Source of the DNA: Bacteriovoracaceae bacterium
GTDB lineage: Bacteria > Bdellovibrionota > Bacteriovoracia > Bacteriovoracales > Bacteriovoracaceae
Assembly (NCBI GenBank): GCA_048270185.1
Contig: JBLWTJ010000002.1
Location: 352,001 to 416,000 of the forward strand
Length of the DNA: 64,000 nt
Direction: 5' to 3'
Positions 58,333-64,000 of this stretch are shown here, piece by piece; position 1 is the stretch's first letter, and the number at the start of each line of letters is the position of its first letter. Under the pieces are notes generated by a model, which ran no database searches, was not told where the DNA came from, and saw only the letters and a list, made by a program, of their open reading frames with translations. Both the position numbers and the translations under genes were made by a program.

Positions 58333-59703
58333 ATGAAAAAACAAGTAAAATCCAATATTTATCCGTTTTTTGGAATCTTTCTAGTATTCTTTACACTACT
58401 ATCCTTCCAATTTACCTTAAATGAATATGCTAAAAATCAAGCCAATAACGTCAAACAACTTATATCCTATGATCTTGCTATTAACGATTCACTATCGGCT
58501 TCAAAGAAGCTTGCAAATATAGCGGCCAGCTCTCATGCTATCTGTATCATTGCAAAAAATAACAATCATAAATTTTATACTTATGGTAATGAGTGTAAAA
58601 CTAGCTTCTTTTCTAGAACTCTAAATATACAACAAAAAGAAAACCCAAATTACCTTATTACATTAACTGTAAGATTACCTTTTTCTATTGAAATTATCTT
58701 TACCCTGCTTGTAATAGTTGTTGTTATTTCAACTTTCCTACTTTCAAAATACGCACGTAAACTAAACCTACAAATAATTGAAGCTGAACTTGAGAAAAAA
58801 TCGGCCCTCATCAAGCTTTCATCTAAAATAGCTCATGATATTAGAAGCCCTATTATTGCCTTAAGACAGTCTTTGAAAAATAATAGTAAAGAACTTGCAT
58901 TAAGTTCATTAGAAATGATTGAAGGGATTGCAGACCAACTTTTAGATGAAAGAAAGAAAGGCATTAACTCAGTCATTGAAGTTTCTAAAGTTGTTACTGA
59001 AGTTATCTCTGAGAAGTCATTAACTCATAAGAATATCACTATCATTAATAGTATTAAGAATAATCCAAAAGTCATAGCTAATCGAATCAAGATTAAATCT
59101 ATCCTATCTAATCTTCTAAATAACTCGATTGAAGCTGGAGCGACAAAGATTGAGATCGAAACGTCCGAATCAACGACTATTAACTTAGAAATTAGAGATA
59201 ATGGACCAGGCTTTCCCGATTCAGTACTAAAGTCTTTTACAACAAATACTCCACTTGGAACAAAGAAAGGAAGTAATGCAATAGGACTGTTTACTGCAAA
59301 AGAGTACGCAGAGAGTATTGGCGCAAAGGTTAATATCTCAAATAATAAAGGCCACGCTCTAGTAGAATTTAGCTTTCAAATCGTTCCTAACGAAAATAAG
59401 CAAACTGTACTTATCGATGATGATCGAATCAACCGAGCAACCTGGGAAATGTCCTTCAAAAAAGAAAATTTAAAGCTGATTACATTTGGATCCACAAAAG
59501 AGTTCTTACAATCTCCACCAGATAAAGACAGTATTATCTATATCGATTCAGATCTTGGAGAAAGTATTTCAGGCCAAGATTTCGCTAAGAAACTATTCAA
59601 TGACGGCTACAAGAATCTTCATCTAGCAACAGGCTACTCTTCTGATGATTTTAAAGAATATACATTTTTAAAGTCGATAATTGGTAAAACACCACCGATA
59701 TAA
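58333..59703 (+). CDS. Membrane hybrid histidine kinase with C-terminal receiver domain
   Basis: Two TMs; H-box IAHDIRSP, N-box NLLNNSIEA, DNGPG, IGL; receiver LIDDD...IYIDSDL...ATG...K. Confidence 0.9.
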   Translation: MKKQVKSNIYPFFGIFLVFFTLLSFQFTLNEYAKNQANNVKQLISYDLAINDSLSASKKLANIAASSHAICIIAKNNNHKFYTYGNECKTSFFSRTLNIQQKENPNYLITLTVRLPFSIEIIFTLLVIVVVISTFLLSKYARKLNLQIIEAELEKKSALIKLSSKIAHDIRSPIIALRQSLKNNSKELALSSLEMIEGIADQLLDERKKGINSVIEVSKVVTEVISEKSLTHKNITIINSIKNNPKVIANRIKIKSILSNLLNNSIEAGATKIEIETSESTTINLEIRDNGPGFPDSVLKSFTTNTPLGTKKGSNAIGLFTAKEYAESIGAKVNISNNKGHALVEFSFQIVPNENKQTVLIDDDRINRATWEMSFKKENLKLITFGSTKEFLQSPPDKDSIIYIDSDLGESISGQDFAKKLFNDGYKNLHLATGYSSDDFKEYTFLKSIIGKTPPI

Positions 59704-59728
59704 AAAAGGCTCCATTAGGAGCCTTTTT
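59702..59728. terminator. Bidirectional intrinsic terminator
   Basis: AAAAAGGCTCC-atta-GGAGCCTTTTT. Confidence 0.85.
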
Positions 59729-59731
59729 ATT

Positions 59732-62032
59732 TTATAAAATTGGATTATTATCTGCGACGGTTTCTTCAATCTCTCCATTTTGAGAGCGAAGATTTTGGAA
59801 GCTTCCATACAGTCCCTTAAGAGACATAATTAGTTCCTCATCTTCTTCCTGAGCAAAGCGTGATAGATGCTGAGATTCAGAAGCAACTTCATTCATTTCA
59901 CTTCTTATGGCCTTAAACGTATCTTTTATTTGTGATACATTTGGCACCTCTTTACTATCCATGATGATTTGTACTTTTGACAGTCCGACATCTAGTTGTG
60001 TTGAAACTTTTGAGAAGTGGCTTAGTGTTGAGTTAAAGTCTCTAAGCTCTCCCGCAAATTTATCAAGAGTTGCACTTGAAGCGGTCCCTCTTTGCATTTG
60101 ATCGACAACCTGTGAACTTCTTGCTCTAAAGAGCTCAACCTGTGACTTAAGAGATTTAAATTGATCTCTCGATTTTACAAGTCCGGCAAAGGCCATTTTA
60201 TTTTCATTGATAATCTCAACGATTTCACCTGAGCGAGTTGCAAGTTCAACTTCTTCATTAAAGAGACGATTACTCATCTCAATCATATAGCGATTCATTT
60301 CTTCGAATTTCGCTCTCATTTCAACAACAGAGATGATTTTATCTTTTGCTACCTTGAAACGATTAATAGCATCTTTTTGAAGATCTTTTTGTCCTTCAAA
60401 AATAATTCTTACATCATCAATAATCTTATATTGTTCAAAAAGATTATTCTCAAGAAGCTCTATTTCTTTTAAGAAAGATGCTTTTTGCCCAAGGAAGTGA
60501 TCATTTACATTTGTGAACTTAGCGTAGACGTGATCAATACCTGCGGATGTAAAATCTTGCTGTAACTTCTCTCTTATTTCACCAGAGAAATTTCCATCGA
60601 TTAGAGATTCAAGAGACTTCACAACAGGAGAGACAACGGCTTTCATTTGGTTTGAAAGTGTTTCTTCTAAACTTCTTAGAGGATAGAAGATAACCATAAT
60701 TCTCTTTTGGTCAGCGTATTCAACAGGCGAAACATACATTTCAAAAGGTGCTGCTTCACTAGAGCTTTCTGTTTTAACTTGAATTTGATAGATTCCAGCA
60801 ATCCCATCTCTTACAGCACTAATAACAGGATCATTCTCTCCAAGATTCGTAAAAGTACTTAGATAATCCCAAGTGATACTTAGATCTTTCTTTGAGCTAT
60901 CAAGACTCCAGTGCTCATAGAATAATGAGTTGGCCCAAACAGCATTTAGATTTGAATCGAGAAGTAATGAAGAAAAAGGCATCGCATCCTGGAAGATTGA
61001 ACCAAAACTCATACGCTTATGAATATATCCACGATACTTCTCAATTTCTTCTTTGAATGGATGTGACCACTCACCTTCTAAACTTGCTCTTACTGGAATT
61101 AGACCATCTTTAATTAGATCAAGAGAGGCCGTCTCCATTATCTTCTTTGCACGTTTCTCGTTTGAATTTACCACAACAATTCCACCTGCAAGAACAAGAG
61201 TTAACATACCGACGATTGCAATTAGGCCGTATAAAGTTGTTTGAGAAGTTTGATTAAGCTCAATTTTCTGATAAGTAAGTTTTGGACCAAATTTCTCACT
61301 CCAAACTTGATAACTTTTATTCGTACTTTCCCAAAGACTTCCAAAATCACGAAGAGAGTTAAGAGATTTTTCTAATAGATCTAATTCTGTTTTAAGAGTT
61401 CCAAGTCGTATAACAATTAAGTTCTTATCTTCATCAGATAGAACTGATCTCATTGTAACTTTTTCCATATATTCAACGTCACCAACAATTGAAGAATGCA
61501 AGCGCTTCAAATTTCCATAACTATAGAAATTAGAACTCTTCGTTGTGCCGACCGAGATTTTAGTTTTAATCTTATTAGAAACTCTTGTTAGAGTACGCCA
61601 TTGGTTATGAACAACAAAGTTTTGAAACCCAATCATCTTCGTTCTAAGAACATTGATAAGAGTTGATTTATTAGCTGTAGCTGTAATGTCATTAAGCTTT
61701 TTTCTCAACTCTTTAAAATTTTCTTCAAGTTGGTCATACTCACTAATTGCAACGATATTATTTAGTTCACTTACTGAAGATTCAAACCTTTCAAATTCAG
61801 AAATAGCTTCTTTCGTGCGATCAACACTTACAAGTTCCTTGATATTTTCAAGTGCATTTGAATTCTTAACTTCATCAAATTTTGAAGTCGACTCATAGAC
61901 AAGAGTCATTCTTTCAAAATTTGCAGGTCCCTTCTTCCAAAAAGTCCATACACCAAATGAAACTAGCGCAATAGTAATAACGAGAGAGATAGAAAAATAG
62001 ATAAACAGCGGCTTACTGAAACGAAGTTTCAT
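59732..62032 (-). CDS. Two-TM protein with periplasmic helical region, PAS-like segment and long coiled coil (chemoreceptor-like architecture)
   Basis: TMs near residues 9-31 and 267-288; IFQDAMP...LLD.....VWAN..F PAS-like; no canonical MCP hairpin motif. Confidence 0.55.
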   Translation of the reverse strand: MKLRFSKPLFIYFSISLVITIALVSFGVWTFWKKGPANFERMTLVYESTSKFDEVKNSNALENIKELVSVDRTKEAISEFERFESSVSELNNIVAISEYDQLEENFKELRKKLNDITATANKSTLINVLRTKMIGFQNFVVHNQWRTLTRVSNKIKTKISVGTTKSSNFYSYGNLKRLHSSIVGDVEYMEKVTMRSVLSDEDKNLIVIRLGTLKTELDLLEKSLNSLRDFGSLWESTNKSYQVWSEKFGPKLTYQKIELNQTSQTTLYGLIAIVGMLTLVLAGGIVVVNSNEKRAKKIMETASLDLIKDGLIPVRASLEGEWSHPFKEEIEKYRGYIHKRMSFGSIFQDAMPFSSLLLDSNLNAVWANSLFYEHWSLDSSKKDLSITWDYLSTFTNLGENDPVISAVRDGIAGIYQIQVKTESSSEAAPFEMYVSPVEYADQKRIMVIFYPLRSLEETLSNQMKAVVSPVVKSLESLIDGNFSGEIREKLQQDFTSAGIDHVYAKFTNVNDHFLGQKASFLKEIELLENNLFEQYKIIDDVRIIFEGQKDLQKDAINRFKVAKDKIISVVEMRAKFEEMNRYMIEMSNRLFNEEVELATRSGEIVEIINENKMAFAGLVKSRDQFKSLKSQVELFRARSSQVVDQMQRGTASSATLDKFAGELRDFNSTLSHFSKVSTQLDVGLSKVQIIMDSKEVPNVSQIKDTFKAIRSEMNEVASESQHLSRFAQEEDEELIMSLKGLYGSFQNLRSQNGEIEETVADNNPIL

Positions 62033-62182
62033 ACTATAGGTCTCCTAAATGTCGGATAGGGAAAAAAATCACATCCATATGTTAACGGTCCTTCACATCC
62101 TGTGAACGTCATCAGAATTTCTTCCTATATTATGCTATTTTTTGGACGATTTTTAAAGGGGAAATTCATTTAATTTAGAGGT

Positions 62183-62210
62183 AAAAAAACCCTCTAGAAG
62201 TAGAGGGTTT
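62183..62210 (-). terminator. Intrinsic terminator after fliA
   Basis: AAACCCTCTA-gaag-TAGAGGGTTT with U-tract on the minus strand. Confidence 0.85.
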
Positions 62211-62245
62211 GAGTTATTTAATCTATTATTATTGATTTAAATTGA

Positions 62246-63040
62246 TTAGCTAACAAGTTCTTCATAACCTTCAAACATCGTTTGTAGTTTAGCTTTTAGC
62301 TTCATTACGGCCTGTGTGTGAAGTTGTGATACACGTGACTCTGTTACATCTAATACTTGACCGATTTCTTTAAGATTTAGGTCTTCATAATAGTAAAGAG
62401 AAAGAACTAGTCTTTGCTTTTCAGGAAGCTGTTCGATTCCTTCTTTAATTTTATCTCTGAAGTTTTTATTAGAAACAGCAGTAAATGGATTCATTGCCTT
62501 GCTATCTTCATTAAGACCGGCCATTGCACGCTTGTCATTACGATTAAAAGTAGCTGAATCATCGATATTAAGGATTGAAACAGACTTAGCTTTATTAAGC
62601 ATTGCGTGGAAATCTTCTTTAGAACATTCTAGCTCAGCACACATTTCATCATCAGTAGCTGGACGTCCAAGTTCAGCTTCTAACTTAGAATACGCGCGAT
62701 CAATTAACTTGGCCTTCTCTCTTACAGAACGAGGTACCCAGTCTTGTGAACGAAGTTCATCAAGAATTGCTCCTCTAATTCTGAATTCGGCATAAGTTTT
62801 AAATTTATTATCTCTTGATGGATCAAACTTCTCGATAGCATCCATTAAGCCAATAACACCACAAGAAATAAGATCATCTAATTCGATATTAGATGGAAGA
62901 CGTGATGCAATTTTCTGTGCAATATATTTAATAAGTGGAGCGTACTCTACTACGATCTCATCTTTTACTCTTGGATCCACTGTTGAACGGTAATCTTTTA
63001 AATTCTTTAATTTTTTGGCCAACGATGACATCTCTCTCAC
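62246..63040 (-). CDS. fliA: RNA polymerase sigma-28 factor
   Basis: F.TYA..RIRGAILDELR..DW.PRS; LYYYEDLNLKEIG.VL.VTESRVSQLH. Confidence 0.97.
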   Translation of the reverse strand: MREMSSLAKKLKNLKDYRSTVDPRVKDEIVVEYAPLIKYIAQKIASRLPSNIELDDLISCGVIGLMDAIEKFDPSRDNKFKTYAEFRIRGAILDELRSQDWVPRSVREKAKLIDRAYSKLEAELGRPATDDEMCAELECSKEDFHAMLNKAKSVSILNIDDSATFNRNDKRAMAGLNEDSKAMNPFTAVSNKNFRDKIKEGIEQLPEKQRLVLSLYYYEDLNLKEIGQVLDVTESRVSQLHTQAVMKLKAKLQTMFEGYEELVS

Positions 63041-63047
63041 TCCTTGA

Positions 63048-63944
63048 TTAGGCTAACTGTTGTGGATTACTACCGGCATTATTGATTCCATTCAATAAAG
63101 CTGGCGCTACTCGACTACTAGTGTCCTCGTCGGTAAATTTATTAATGATCTTAGTGTAATATTTCGAAAGGGAATTCTTTTCCGTTTTTAAAAGTGCATG
63201 ATCGAATTTGTCAGATGGAACTTCGATATTCTTAACTCCACCTAGAACACTTAAGTTAGCTTGCATAAAGCTAGAAACCGTATCAACAAGAGATCTAACA
63301 ACTTTCAAATACTGCTTATTTGAGTCAACGCGATTTACGATTAAATGGTTATCTTTGATTTGATATTTTTGATTTAAAATTTTAATTAGGGCATAGGTAT
63401 CTGTAATTGATGAGCGGTCAGGGTTAACTACCATAAAACGATAATCAGCATAAGCTTGGAGATTAATCGTTTCCCTATTAACACCTGCAGGGCAATCAAG
63501 AATGATATGATCGTAATCACTCTTATGTTCAGCAATGATATCCACAATAAATTTATCGTGCTCAAAGCTATGATCAAAGAGATCACTATTTCCATTACAT
63601 CCACTTAGAAGATGGATATTCCCTAATTTATAAAGACACTCATCAAATGATTTTTCAAGAGATAGAAGTGAATAGAAATTATCATTTAGAGGAAGTCCAA
63701 GCTTTACTGCCGTATTAGAAAGATTATAATCACAATCGATTAATAAAACTCTCTTACCTGTTGAACTTAATTCATTGGCAATCATTAAAGCAGTTGTAGT
63801 TTTTCCTACACCACCCTTTCCGGAGCCAACGGCGATGATTTTACACTCATCATCAAAAGAAATTAATGGGCTTGTAACGTTTGATTCACATTGATCGTCA
63901 CTACGGTGTGACAACAACCAAGTTGAAAGATCGTTTCTGGACAT
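63048..63944 (-). CDS. flhG: MinD/ParA-like flagellar number regulator
   Basis: SGKGGVGKT, D.D..L.N, P..SSITD.YALIK; directly upstream of fliA. Confidence 0.88.
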   Translation of the reverse strand: MSRNDLSTWLLSHRSDDQCESNVTSPLISFDDECKIIAVGSGKGGVGKTTTALMIANELSSTGKRVLLIDCDYNLSNTAVKLGLPLNDNFYSLLSLEKSFDECLYKLGNIHLLSGCNGNSDLFDHSFEHDKFIVDIIAEHKSDYDHIILDCPAGVNRETINLQAYADYRFMVVNPDRSSITDTYALIKILNQKYQIKDNHLIVNRVDSNKQYLKVVRSLVDTVSSFMQANLSVLGGVKNIEVPSDKFDHALLKTEKNSLSKYYTKIINKFTDEDTSSRVAPALLNGINNAGSNPQQLA

Positions 63945-64000
63945 CCTGTCTCCTAAACAAAACTTAAAATTAATCTAAATTTTACTGCTATCTTATAATT

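Noticed and set aside
55685..59731. Cassette as an autonomous mobile element
   Set aside because: No integrase, transposase, tRNA target or flanking direct repeats found by eye.
62033..62130. Possible c-di-GMP riboswitch in the leader
   Set aside because: No GNRA tetraloop/receptor two-stem pattern recognised; GGA-loop hairpins explain the structure better.

Overview
AT-rich bacterial chromosomal segment. Gene content and order suggest Bdellovibrionota (Bacteriovoracaceae/Halobacteriovorax-like predator); this is an inference, not a database result. Most of the window is housekeeping: rpsT, holA, lptE, dciA, tsaC, mlaEFD, alr, aroK, rpmF-fabHDG-acpP-fabF-glyA-nrdR-nusB, suhB-yacG, a pantothenate/CoA cluster, hflX, rpsA, lpxK-lpxB-(gnnA)-lpxA-fabZ-lpxD-skp-bamA-lolD-lolC/E, frameshifted prfB, ybeY, mazG, coaE, fliA-flhG. 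Accessory genes are inserted into these conserved blocks. The most interesting are: (1) a four-gene cassette at 55687-59703 with a secreted 88-aa peptide, an orphan peptide-binding lipoprotein, a short stand-alone YcaO-like enzyme and a divergent hybrid histidine kinase, a candidate modified-peptide signalling system; (2) a secreted protein-glutaminase-family enzyme followed by a small secreted protein resembling a free copy of that family's inhibitory pro-domain; (3) a GYF-like membrane protein split by a frameshift exactly at an A10 tract. No tRNA, rRNA, CRISPR array or transposase was recognised. All family calls come from motif recognition by eye, with no searches run.
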